41,749 nt of DNA from Gammaproteobacteria bacterium (lineage in GTDB: Bacteria; Pseudomonadota; Gammaproteobacteria; Pseudomonadales; Oleiphilaceae), in NCBI GenBank assembly GCA_003695085.1, contig RFIV01000126.1, positions 1-41,749 of the forward strand. The letters run 5' to 3'. Under the pieces are notes generated by a model. That model had not been told where the DNA came from. It made no database searches and saw only the letters and a list, made by a program, of their open reading frames with translations. Positions within the stretch are counted from its first letter, which is position 1; every line of letters begins with the position of its first letter. Made by a program: the position numbers and the translations under genes. Shown here one piece after another: positions 19,364-28,146 of this stretch.

Positions 19364-20873
19364 CCCCTGGCTGATCGCCCCGCTGGTGGCGATCGCAGCG
19401 TTCATGGAGGTGCTCGACATCTCCATTGCCAATGTGTCGCTGCAACACATTGCCGGCAATCTGGGGGCCAGCCCGGAGGAATCCACCTGGATTCTGACCG
19501 CCTACCTCATCACCAATGCCATTGCACTGCCTGTTTCAGGGTGGATGTCAGAATACTTTGGCCGCACGCGATTCTTCAGCGCGTGCATTCTGGGCTTCAC
19601 CCTGGCCTCTCTGGCGTGTGGTCTGGCCCCGTCGCTGGAAGCCCTGATCTTCTTCAGAACCGTACAGGGGCTGACTGGCGGTGCGTTGCAACCGGTGTCC
19701 CAGGCTATTCTGGCCGATGTCTTTCCGGTCGCCCGGCATGGCATGGCCTTTGCGGTCTATGGCATTGCCGTGGTCGCGGCACCCGCCATCGGGCCGGCGT
19801 TGGGGGGTTGGATCACCGATACGTTCAGCTGGCACTGGATTTTTCTGATCAATGTCCCGGTGGGATTCATCCTGCTGGCCCTCTTGCGCCGCTATCTGCC
19901 GGACAGCGGCACGCCATCTCCCGAGAACCGCAAGCCCGTGGACTTCATGGGGTTTGCTCTGATCAGCCTGTCACTGGGGGCGCTGCAGTACGTGCTCGAC
20001 CGGGGCCAGACGGAGGACTGGTTCGCCTCGAACGTCATCATGACCATGTCGGTGCTCTTTGTGCTGGCGGGGAGCTATTACATCGCCCGGGCCCTGTCAC
20101 AACCCCACCCCATCATTGACCTGTCGCTTTTCCGCCACCGCAATTACGCACTGGCCAACCTGATCATGTTCTTTCTGGGGGCCATCCTGATGGGCTCAAC
20201 CGCCATGATGCCCCTGTTCATGCAGCTTTTGCTGGGCTATACAGCGCTGGATGCCGGTCTGGTCCTGTCTCCCGGCGGCGTGGCGCTGATGCTGATGATG
20301 CCGGTTGTCGGCCGACTGGCTGGCAAGACCGATCCTCGCGTGCTGATTACACTGGGACTCCTGTGTACTGCCGGTGCCTTGTGGACACTGGGCAATCTGA
20401 CACTTGAAATCTCGCATGAGCAGTTGATGTGGCTGCGCGTCTGGCAGGCATCGGGCCTGGCCTTTCTCTTTATCCCCACCACGACCGTCGGGTTCAGCGG
20501 GCTTCCGGAAGGTGCGACCAACCAGGCTTCGGCCATGATGGCGTTCATGCGCAACCTGGGGGGTGCAGTGGGCATTGCCATCCTCGTGACGTTTCTGACG
20601 CGGATCACCACCATGGATCACGTGCACTTTGCAGCCCATGCCGCACCGACCTCCCCCCTGTGGCATGCCCATCTGGCTGACATCCGCTCTCTGGTCGGCA
20701 ACGACACCCGCGCCCTGGCCCTGATCGATCTGCGCTGGACAGCGCAAGGACAGCTTCAGGCTTTCAGCACCGGCTTCCGGGGGTTGGCGCTGGTCTTCCT
20801 CGCGCTGATGCCGGCTGTCTGGTTGGTCCGCCTGCCTCCCGGCACACCTGCGCCCGCCAGCGCCGGACACTAA
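19350..20873 (+). CDS. EmrB/QacA (DHA2) MFS drug efflux permease
   Basis: AFMEVLDISIANVSL, WILTAYL, PAIGPALGGWITD.FSWHWIFLINVPVG, FMRNLGGAVG. Confidence 0.95.
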   Translation: MTATNPWLIAPLVAIAAFMEVLDISIANVSLQHIAGNLGASPEESTWILTAYLITNAIALPVSGWMSEYFGRTRFFSACILGFTLASLACGLAPSLEALIFFRTVQGLTGGALQPVSQAILADVFPVARHGMAFAVYGIAVVAAPAIGPALGGWITDTFSWHWIFLINVPVGFILLALLRRYLPDSGTPSPENRKPVDFMGFALISLSLGALQYVLDRGQTEDWFASNVIMTMSVLFVLAGSYYIARALSQPHPIIDLSLFRHRNYALANLIMFFLGAILMGSTAMMPLFMQLLLGYTALDAGLVLSPGGVALMLMMPVVGRLAGKTDPRVLITLGLLCTAGALWTLGNLTLEISHEQLMWLRVWQASGLAFLFIPTTTVGFSGLPEGATNQASAMMAFMRNLGGAVGIAILVTFLTRITTMDHVHFAAHAAPTSPLWHAHLADIRSLVGNDTRALALIDLRWTAQGQLQAFSTGFRGLALVFLALMPAVWLVRLPPGTPAPASAGH

Positions 20874-20937
20874 CCACGACACAAAACGGACAAGACCGCG
20901 CGGGCGGGAGTTGGCATTTGCCAAGGCTTCTCTTAAA

Positions 20938-20958
20938 GTGTCCGGACACACCTATAAT
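20938..20958 (+). promoter_or_regulatory. Perfect 12-bp palindrome next to a consensus -10 upstream of WS/DGAT
   Basis: GTGTCCGGACAC (20938-20949) then TATAAT (20953-20958); no good -35 at canonical spacing. Confidence 0.5.
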
Positions 20959-20989
20959 GACAATCCGGGACAATTCAAGGAGTCACCCG

Positions 20990-22414
20990 TTGAAACCGCT
21001 CAGTCTTGTTGACCAGATCTTTCTCTGGCTGGAACGCCGCCAGCAACCCATGCATGTGGCGGGTCTGCAGCTGTTCGAATTCCCCGAAGAGGCCGGGCCG
21101 GAATACGTCACCGAGCTGGCAGATTTCTGCAAGGCCTTCACCCAGCCCACGGCGCCCTTTGACAAGCGCCTGTACAGCCGTTGGGGGCGGTTCTATTGGG
21201 GCAAGGATCCGCAATTCGACCTTGAGCACCATTTCCGCCATGAAGCCCTGCCCAAGCCCGGCCGCATCCGGGAGCTGCTGGCGCTGGTCTCTGCCGAGCA
21301 CAGCCACCTGATGGATCGCGAGCGCCCCCTCTGGCAGGCCCACCTGATCGAGGGTTTTCAGGACCGCCGCTTCGCGCTGTACTCGAAAATCCATCACAGC
21401 CTGACCGACGGCGTCTCGGCCATGCGCATGGCGCAGCGGGCATTGTCCACCAACCCGAATCAGCGCAACATGCCGCCCCCCTGGGCGCAGAACATGACCC
21501 GCAAGCCCCACGAGGGTCCGGTCATGCCGACGGATGTCATTGGCTCCCTGCGCCACCTGCTGGAGGATGTGACTGAACAGGTGTCCACCATTCCAGGAGT
21601 TGTCTCGGCACTGTACCGAACGATCCGTGATGCACAGGAGCACCCCGACTACGGCTTGCTCTACGATGCGCCCCCCTGCATTCTCAACCAGAAAATTACC
21701 GGCTCCCGCCGTTTCGCGGCTCAGTCATGGTCTCTGGAGCGTCTCAAGACCATCGGCAAGGCCTTTGATGCCACGCTCAATGATGTGGTTCTGGCTCAAT
21801 GTGCGAGCGCACTGCGCGCCTATCTGCTCAGTCAGAATGCGTTGCCGGAGAAGCCACTGGTCGCCATGGTGCCGATGAACCTGCGCCAGGACGATGGCAT
21901 CGGCGGCAATCAGATCGGCATGATCATTACCAGTCTGGCCACGCACATCGAAGATCCGGCGGCACGGCTGCTGGCGATTCAGGATTCGATCCAGGCCTGC
22001 AAGGATCGCTTTGCATCGATGACCCCCGCCGAGATTGTCAATTACACGGCGCTGACCCTGGCACCTGCGGGGATTCAGTTGCTCACGGGCATGGTGCCCA
22101 AGCTGCAGACGTTCAATGTCATCATTTCCAATGTACCCGGCCCGCGCGAGCCACTGTACTGGAACGGCGCACGCCTGCAGGGCATGTATCCGGTCTCCAT
22201 CGTGCTGGATCGGATGGCACTGAACATCACGCTGACGAGCTATGCGGACCAACTGGAGTTTGGCCTGATCGGCTGCCGACGGACGCTGCCCAGCCTCCAG
22301 CGGCTTCTGGACTATCTGGAGAATGGCCTGCTGGAACTGGAAGCCGCCGCCGGGATCACATCGGCCACGACTCGCAAGAAAGGGCGTTCGCGCAGGAAGA
22401 GCGGCACGGCATGA
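20990..22414 (+). CDS. Wax ester synthase / diacylglycerol acyltransferase (WS/DGAT)
   Basis: Start KPLSLVDQIFLWLERRQQPMHV, catalytic HHSLTDG (HHxxxDG), FNVIISNVPGP; TTG start at 20990 after an AAGGAG RBS. Confidence 0.95.
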   Translation: MKPLSLVDQIFLWLERRQQPMHVAGLQLFEFPEEAGPEYVTELADFCKAFTQPTAPFDKRLYSRWGRFYWGKDPQFDLEHHFRHEALPKPGRIRELLALVSAEHSHLMDRERPLWQAHLIEGFQDRRFALYSKIHHSLTDGVSAMRMAQRALSTNPNQRNMPPPWAQNMTRKPHEGPVMPTDVIGSLRHLLEDVTEQVSTIPGVVSALYRTIRDAQEHPDYGLLYDAPPCILNQKITGSRRFAAQSWSLERLKTIGKAFDATLNDVVLAQCASALRAYLLSQNALPEKPLVAMVPMNLRQDDGIGGNQIGMIITSLATHIEDPAARLLAIQDSIQACKDRFASMTPAEIVNYTALTLAPAGIQLLTGMVPKLQTFNVIISNVPGPREPLYWNGARLQGMYPVSIVLDRMALNITLTSYADQLEFGLIGCRRTLPSLQRLLDYLENGLLELEAAAGITSATTRKKGRSRRKSGTA

Positions 22415-22737
22415 CACTCACCTCTCTGGCCCTGGTACCCGGGCTTGTCGTGCTGATCTACGTGGCCATTCAGGTCACGCAGATCCGCCGGCTGATGCAA
22501 CGGGGCATCGAAATCCGAACCGTTTCCGAACACGGTGAAGCGCCCCCCGTACTGCATGTGGAATTGCTCAACCCGCTTCAGGTGGCACGGTCCGAGTCCA
22601 GCGTGGGTGGCGTGCTGGGCAAGGTTTCCCCTGCCCTGATCCAGCGTCATGTAGCCCAGCGGGTCGCGGAAGAATTGATGGTCAGTTTCCGCGAGCGAGG
22701 CATTGAGGCGCGGATCAGCATCGACGTCTATCGCTGA
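22411..22737 (+). CDS. Hypothetical 108-aa protein with an N-terminal membrane anchor
   Basis: 3' part of ORF 21799..22737 starting at ATG 22411, ATGA-overlapped with the WS/DGAT stop: MTLTSLALVPGLVVLIYVAIQVTQIRR...ELLNPLQVARSES...FRERGIEARISIDVYR. Confidence 0.7.
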   Translation: MTLTSLALVPGLVVLIYVAIQVTQIRRLMQRGIEIRTVSEHGEAPPVLHVELLNPLQVARSESSVGGVLGKVSPALIQRHVAQRVAEELMVSFRERGIEARISIDVYR

Positions 22738-22757
22738 CCCGCATACGCCCGGAGCGT

Positions 22758-23366
22758 TCAGGCCTGTGGACGGGTTGAGGCAAAGGGCGCCTCGGCGGTA
22801 TGCCTGGCGACCCAGTCCGCCAGTTTGGGGTGGGCCGCCTTCCAGCTGCCCATGCCGGCGCGGATATCCAGCCACTCGAGTGTGCACAGCGCAGCAATAT
22901 CGGCCACCGTCATCTTCTCTGCGGCCAGAAACGCCCGGTTCTCGAGCCGGTCAGCCAACGCATCGATCCCCTTCTCAATCTTTTTCTCCTGTCGGGCAAT
23001 CCATGCAGGATTTTGCTGCGCGGGGTCGCGCTTTCGCTCCAGAAAGATCAGCACGCCGGCATCACAAATACCGTCTGCCAGCACCTGATACTGGCGGTCC
23101 AGCAAGCGCAGTTCCGGATCCTCCGGGATCAGTCGCGCCTCCGGATAGCGTGTGTCCAGCAGGTCCGCGATCAGTGCAGAGTCATACCAGATCTGGCCAC
23201 CCGGATCACGCAGGACGGGCACCTTGCTCAGAGGATTGAGCTGATGAACAGGGCTGTCATCCTCCCAGGGTATGGTATTCTCGAACCGGTATTCAATCTG
23301 CTTGAGTGCCAGGATGACCCGGACTTTGCGAACAAAGGGACTGGTAGTGGAACCAAAGAGCTGCAT
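22758..23366 (-). CDS. Glutathione S-transferase family protein
   Basis: LFGSTTSPFVRKVR, NPLSKVPVL, YDSALIADLLD, MTVADIA. Confidence 0.93.
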   Translation of the reverse strand: MQLFGSTTSPFVRKVRVILALKQIEYRFENTIPWEDDSPVHQLNPLSKVPVLRDPGGQIWYDSALIADLLDTRYPEARLIPEDPELRLLDRQYQVLADGICDAGVLIFLERKRDPAQQNPAWIARQEKKIEKGIDALADRLENRAFLAAEKMTVADIAALCTLEWLDIRAGMGSWKAAHPKLADWVARHTAEAPFASTRPQA

Positions 23367-23462
23367 GGAGTATTCCTTTCCGATACGGTAAGTTCACGAT
23401 TTTGTACCATAATCTATGAGAAAGGTACATATTGAACCAATCAATACAATAGGGAGCGATAG

Positions 23463-24683
23463 ATGATCAAGGCCTTGCGCGACAAGTGGGGAGACGAAGC
23501 TGCAACCGGTATCCTGCTGATGCTTGCGGCGATGGCAGCATTGTTGGCTGCCAATACGCCCCTGGCGTACTGGTACAACTTGCTGCTGGATCTGCCGGTC
23601 ACGGTGCGTGTGGGTCCGGTGGAAATTGACAAGCCGCTGCTGCTGTGGATCAACGATGGCCTGATGGCGGTGTTCTTCTTTCATGTAGGCCTGGAGCTGA
23701 AGAAGGAGGTTGTCAGCGGGCATCTGACACATATGCAAACGGCAGCCCTGCCCGTCGTGGGTGCGATCGGCGGTGTGCTGGTGCCCGCACTGGTGTACAT
23801 TTCCATAGCCAACGACGCGCCTGAACACGGCAAGGGCTGGGCCATTCCCACGGCAACGGATATTGCCTTTGCCATCGGGCTGCTTGCCTTGCTCGGTGAC
23901 CGGGTGCCTCCCGGCCTGCGCATATTTCTTCTGACGCTGGCCATCGTGGATGACCTGATGGCCATCATCATCATCGCCCTGTTCTATACCGATCATCTCT
24001 CGGCTACCGCGCTGCTGATCAGTGCAGCATGCTGTTATCTGCTCTGGCGCCTGAACAAGACAGGCAAGGGCGAAATCGCCCCCTTCATTCTGGTGGGAAT
24101 CGTGATGTGGGTATCGCTGCTCAAGTCCGGGGTTCACGCCACCCTGGCCGGCGTCATACTGGCTCTCTTCATTCCCATGCGCGCCAAGACCGAATCCGGC
24201 AAGGTTATCCGCCCGCTCAACCGCATTTTTCATGACCTCGAAGCGTCCGTCCGCTTCACCATTCTGCCGGTCTTTGCCTTTGCGAACGCGGGTGTCGTCA
24301 TCGGCAATATGGGATTGGATTCCTTGCTGCATCCGGTGCCCATGGGGATAGCGCTGGGGCTGTTCCTGGGCAAGCCAATCGGTATTTTTCTGCTCTGCCG
24401 GCTGTCAGCCCTGGTGGGCATCGGGAAATTACCCAAGGGTGTCAACTGGACCATGCTGCTGGCGGTCGGCATCATTGCGGGCATTGGCTTTACCATGAGC
24501 TTGTTCATCAGCTCGCTGGCCTTCAATACGGATAGCGTGGCGCGCCATTTTGATGAACGCCTGGGCATCCTGATCGGTTCCACCCTGTCCGGCATCGTTG
24601 GCTTTCTGCTGCTCAGGTACACACTGAATCGCACCGCCAGCGACTCACAAACGTCACTCCAACCAGACGGTCCGGATCGATAA
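23463..24683 (+). CDS. nhaA: Na+/H+ antiporter NhaA
   Basis: WINDGLMAVFFFHVGLELK, GWAIPTATDIAFA, LAIVDDL, SGVHATLAG, GIGFTMSLFI. Confidence 0.97.
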   Translation: MIKALRDKWGDEAATGILLMLAAMAALLAANTPLAYWYNLLLDLPVTVRVGPVEIDKPLLLWINDGLMAVFFFHVGLELKKEVVSGHLTHMQTAALPVVGAIGGVLVPALVYISIANDAPEHGKGWAIPTATDIAFAIGLLALLGDRVPPGLRIFLLTLAIVDDLMAIIIIALFYTDHLSATALLISAACCYLLWRLNKTGKGEIAPFILVGIVMWVSLLKSGVHATLAGVILALFIPMRAKTESGKVIRPLNRIFHDLEASVRFTILPVFAFANAGVVIGNMGLDSLLHPVPMGIALGLFLGKPIGIFLLCRLSALVGIGKLPKGVNWTMLLAVGIIAGIGFTMSLFISSLAFNTDSVARHFDERLGILIGSTLSGIVGFLLLRYTLNRTASDSQTSLQPDGPDR

Positions 24684-25074
24684 TGGGGAGGCACTCACCC
24701 TCCACGCAGACACCAGAAATGGCCGCAGGTGACCATAACCCGCACTGACCGAGATCAAAGTGCTCACAATCTGCGTCGTCCAGTTCAACAAGCTGTGGCG
24801 GCGCACTGAGCGGCAGGGCCACGCGGCTCATGCCCGGTGTGTGGTAGAGGTTGAGCACAAGTACACCGTTGCAAGGTACGTCTTCGAGCGTGAGCAATGG
24901 AATCCAGTCTCGTTGCCAGGCCACCAGACATCGCCACGGAGGCTTGCTGCCCGGGATGGTGCACACCGAAATGGACTCCTCGTAACCGGCCGCTGTATGC
25001 ACGCTGACGAGCACCGGTGTGCCGCCGGCCACGTCAACCCGCCAGGCGTTCAGGGTAATCGGAGATGAGGACAT
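24613..25074 (-). CDS. Divergent CheW-like (ChpC-like) protein
   Basis: IPGSKPPWRCLVAWQRDWIPLL resembles the CheW vPg.p.w..Gl..wrg..iPv pattern; C-terminal LPIIDPDRL; last gene of the chemosensory operon. Confidence 0.6.
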   Translation of the reverse strand: MSSSPITLNAWRVDVAGGTPVLVSVHTAAGYEESISVCTIPGSKPPWRCLVAWQRDWIPLLTLEDVPCNGVLVLNLYHTPGMSRVALPLSAPPQLVELDDADCEHFDLGQCGLWSPAAISGVCVEGECLPIIDPDRLVGVTFVSRWRCDSVCT

Positions 25075-25501
25075 GAGGAATCACCTGCTCGAGATAACGA
25101 ATCAGCCCTTCCGTCCGGATCATGTAGACCGGGGCGTCTTGCTGCCATATCAGTCCACTGACCGGTCCACCGCCCATGCACTCCGGTACTGCTGTCGGCT
25201 GGCGAGCGGTCCGGAACTTGATGACATGATCACTGGCCAGTCCAAGGCAGGGCCCCCGTTCGTCAGAAAAGACAAGAACACTCTGATGCTTCCCCATGTC
25301 GCTGTGGGCGCGCAGCTGCTCATCCAGCCGATAGACCGGACAGGCACCCCCAGGCAGCGGCAGACAGAGAACACCGCTTCGTCGCTCCAGCTGGTCACGC
25401 CCTGCCAGGTACGCTATGTCTCCGGCCGGCGCGCAAAAGCGCCCGGCCGCCATATCGAAGGCGTACCACCCCTGTTGTCGGGTTATCCCTGTGATGTACA
25501 T
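25034..25501 (-). CDS. Highly divergent CheW-like or hypothetical protein
   Basis: About 155 aa, beta-rich; CPVYRLD, LGLASDHV, TAVPECM..GPVSGL resemble CheW segments; overlaps both neighbours. Confidence 0.5.
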   Translation of the reverse strand: MYITGITRQQGWYAFDMAAGRFCAPAGDIAYLAGRDQLERRSGVLCLPLPGGACPVYRLDEQLRAHSDMGKHQSVLVFSDERGPCLGLASDHVIKFRTARQPTAVPECMGGGPVSGLIWQQDAPVYMIRTEGLIRYLEQVIPHVLISDYPERLAG

Positions 25502-28125
25502 GCGAGCATCTCCTCAAGCGTATCAAGCAACTGATCTTCGTCGAACGGTTTGGTCAGATAGGCATTGACCCCGGCCTCCTGAGCCAGGGATCGGTGGTGC
25601 GGCTGGTTGCGAGAGGTCAGCATGATCACCGGCAGGCCGGCATGACGCGATTCCCGGCGAAGCCTGGTGGTCAGGGTCAGCCCATCCATCACCGGCATTT
25701 CAAGATCCGTGAGCACGACGTCTGCCGCCCCGGTCTCCAGCGCCTTCAAAGCTTCGGCCCCATCTCCGGCAGTGATGACGTTGTAGCCGGTATCCTGCAG
25801 CAGCTCCCGGAGCGTGGAGCGGACAGAACCGGAATCATCCACGACCAGAACCGTCCTGCGATGCAGTCTCTGGCGCTGCGGCTGGCTCTGCCCTGAGGCT
25901 ACCCGGCGTTGTCCGCCACACCAGTAATAAGGCTGAAGCACCGGGATGAGGCTGCCATCCCCCTGAACAGCCAGTCCCGCCAGCCCGGGCAGCGGGGGCG
26001 CACTTTCTGGCAAGGGGCGCAGCGACAGTTGCTCGCCCATCAGCACCCGGTCCACCGCCAGCGCATATTGCCCCTCAGCCTCCCTGATCAGCACAAGTGC
26101 CTGGCACGTCTCCGTCAGCGGCGCCGGTTGACCAGACAGACGCAGCCCCAGGTCCAGGCCCACCCAATCCTCCCCCTCTTCGGTCCAGACATACTGCTCA
26201 CCCAAGGATATCAGGGTGCGTTGATCAGGCGGCAATACCCTGTAAATATCGCGACTGCGCAAGGCATATGCCCGACCACCGGCTTCCACGACGAGCATGT
26301 ACTCGGTCATGCGCTGCAGCGGCACCTCCAATTCGACAACAAGCCCTCCCTGCCCAGGCTGAGACAGGCTTGCCCGCCCGCCCAGAGCGAGAACGGCCTG
26401 CCGGACAGCATCCATACCGATCCCCCTGCCGGACAATTCCGTCACCTGGTCCCGGGTACTGAAGCCCGGCCGCCATAGTGTGGCCAGCACGGTTTCATCA
26501 TCCCACGCCCCGGCAGCCGGTTCGTGCGCTGTGATCCGGGCTCTCAGGCTCACCAGATCGACGCCTGGACCATCATCCGTCACGGTGATGCACAGCCGAT
26601 GTCCGGCCAACCGGTAGCGCACCGACACGGTACCGGTTTCATTCAGGCCATGATCCACAGCATTGCGCAGCAAGTGCATCAGTGGCTCGGCAAGCTGATC
26701 CAGCAGCTGCCGGTCGACCCTGATCTCATCGCCCTCCACTGCCAGCCGTGCCTGCTTGCCACAGCTTCGGGCGGCCTGCCTGACACAACGCGCCAGGCGC
26801 GGTGTCAAGCGGCTCAGTGGTTCGCGATACCCATCCATGACCTCGCTCTGCAGCCTGTCCACCTGACGTGATTGCTGGCGGATAAGCGTATCCATCAGTC
26901 CGAGGTGCTCTCTGACCACGCCATATTTCTCGCGCATGTCGGCGAGCAGCGCACTGGTGTGCCGGGTCATGAGATGCAGGGCGTCATACTCATCCATCTC
27001 CAGGGCATCGAATCTGCCCTCCCCGACAGACGGTCGGGATACACGCGCCATGCTGCGGGTATCCACCAGCTTCTCCAGCTCATAACGCGCTTCATCCAGC
27101 TGGTTTTCTGCCAGTTGCGCCAGCGCCATGTCTGCCTGCAGCCGGCGGAGCAATTCCCGGGCACGAACCGCATTCACCCCCAGCTCCTCAGCAAGCATGC
27201 GAATACCCTCCAGGCCTGCTTGGTGCAGGGGGCCAGGACGGTGCGCCGAGCGTGCAGCTTCTGTCTGCTGTGGGGTATCAGTTTCAGGGCATGCATCCGG
27301 CACATTCTGGCCTCGCAATCTGCCAATCAACACACTCACATGAGAAGGCACGGGTGCGCCGGTTTCCAGGGCTTCGAAGAGGCTTTCAAGGGTATCCACG
27401 GCTTCAACCAGCAGATCACTCTGCGCCTGTCCCAACGCCTCCCCTTCCTGTTTGACGGCCTCAAATCGGTCTTCCAGCGCATGCGCCAGCTGACTGATGG
27501 CCGTCACGCCTACCAAGGCTGACGCACCCTTGATGGTGTGGCTTGCCCGCTCCAGAGCATGCATGACCGAGGCATCAACCGGCGCGTCGGGACTCAGCGC
27601 CAGTACCCCCTCACGCAAGACTTCAAGGTGGCGGGGGGTATCCTCCAGGAAAGCACGCCAGACATCCGCTGACACCGTGGACTCGGGCTGCAATGTGAGA
27701 CGGGGCGGATCAGGCAGCCCGGGCATGTCCGTCGCATCATCAACGGCCTGGTCACCCGCTGCACCGGGCGCGCTTTCGGTGCTGTCCGGGCCACACCCCG
27801 TGAGCGTGGCAATCGCGTCCAGCAACTCGGGCTCATCCGATTCGCCCCCCCGGTCAGCAAGCTCCAGCAACACGCTTATCACATCCATGAACCACTCCGG
27901 TGGCGGGCGATCCCCGGTCTCCTGCGCATCCATGAGCAATACACAGATCACTTCGAGAATCTCACCCATCTGGTGCAACCCTGCATCCTGCACCTCTCCG
28001 GTCAGTTCAGCCAGGGGCGCGATCAGCGCTTCGAAATCATCCGGGCTGCCTTCCGCCTGCCACCGCTCCCACGGCGCAAGGAGTTCGGGCAACCGGCTTT
28101 CGAGCTGTTCCATCAAAGTGTCCAT
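25483..28125 (-). CDS. CheA-like hybrid kinase (Hpt, HATPase, CheW and REC domains)
   Basis: Hpt ASHTIKGAS (His196), N-box HLLRNAVDHG, G1 DDGPG, G2 PGFSTRDQVTELSGRGIGMD, CheW domain, REC VLVVDDS...LTDLEMPVMDG...LTSR...YLTKP. Confidence 0.93.
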   Translation of the reverse strand: MDTLMEQLESRLPELLAPWERWQAEGSPDDFEALIAPLAELTGEVQDAGLHQMGEILEVICVLLMDAQETGDRPPPEWFMDVISVLLELADRGGESDEPELLDAIATLTGCGPDSTESAPGAAGDQAVDDATDMPGLPDPPRLTLQPESTVSADVWRAFLEDTPRHLEVLREGVLALSPDAPVDASVMHALERASHTIKGASALVGVTAISQLAHALEDRFEAVKQEGEALGQAQSDLLVEAVDTLESLFEALETGAPVPSHVSVLIGRLRGQNVPDACPETDTPQQTEAARSAHRPGPLHQAGLEGIRMLAEELGVNAVRARELLRRLQADMALAQLAENQLDEARYELEKLVDTRSMARVSRPSVGEGRFDALEMDEYDALHLMTRHTSALLADMREKYGVVREHLGLMDTLIRQQSRQVDRLQSEVMDGYREPLSRLTPRLARCVRQAARSCGKQARLAVEGDEIRVDRQLLDQLAEPLMHLLRNAVDHGLNETGTVSVRYRLAGHRLCITVTDDGPGVDLVSLRARITAHEPAAGAWDDETVLATLWRPGFSTRDQVTELSGRGIGMDAVRQAVLALGGRASLSQPGQGGLVVELEVPLQRMTEYMLVVEAGGRAYALRSRDIYRVLPPDQRTLISLGEQYVWTEEGEDWVGLDLGLRLSGQPAPLTETCQALVLIREAEGQYALAVDRVLMGEQLSLRPLPESAPPLPGLAGLAVQGDGSLIPVLQPYYWCGGQRRVASGQSQPQRQRLHRRTVLVVDDSGSVRSTLRELLQDTGYNVITAGDGAEALKALETGAADVVLTDLEMPVMDGLTLTTRLRRESRHAGLPVIMLTSRNQPHHRSLAQEAGVNAYLTKPFDEDQLLDTLEEMLACTSQG

Positions 28126-28146
28126 CAGGATCGCTTCCCCCTCTTC

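Noticed and set aside
20918-20989. Upstream TTG/ATG starts for WS/DGAT
   Set aside because: They overlap the candidate promoter; the family N-terminus and the AAGGAG RBS point to TTG 20990
21799-22410. 312-aa ORF overlapping WS/DGAT in another frame, possible frameshift product or overprinted gene
   Set aside because: Only the part from ATG 22411 looks protein-like; no slippery site or RBS supports the upstream portion, and WS/DGAT is complete
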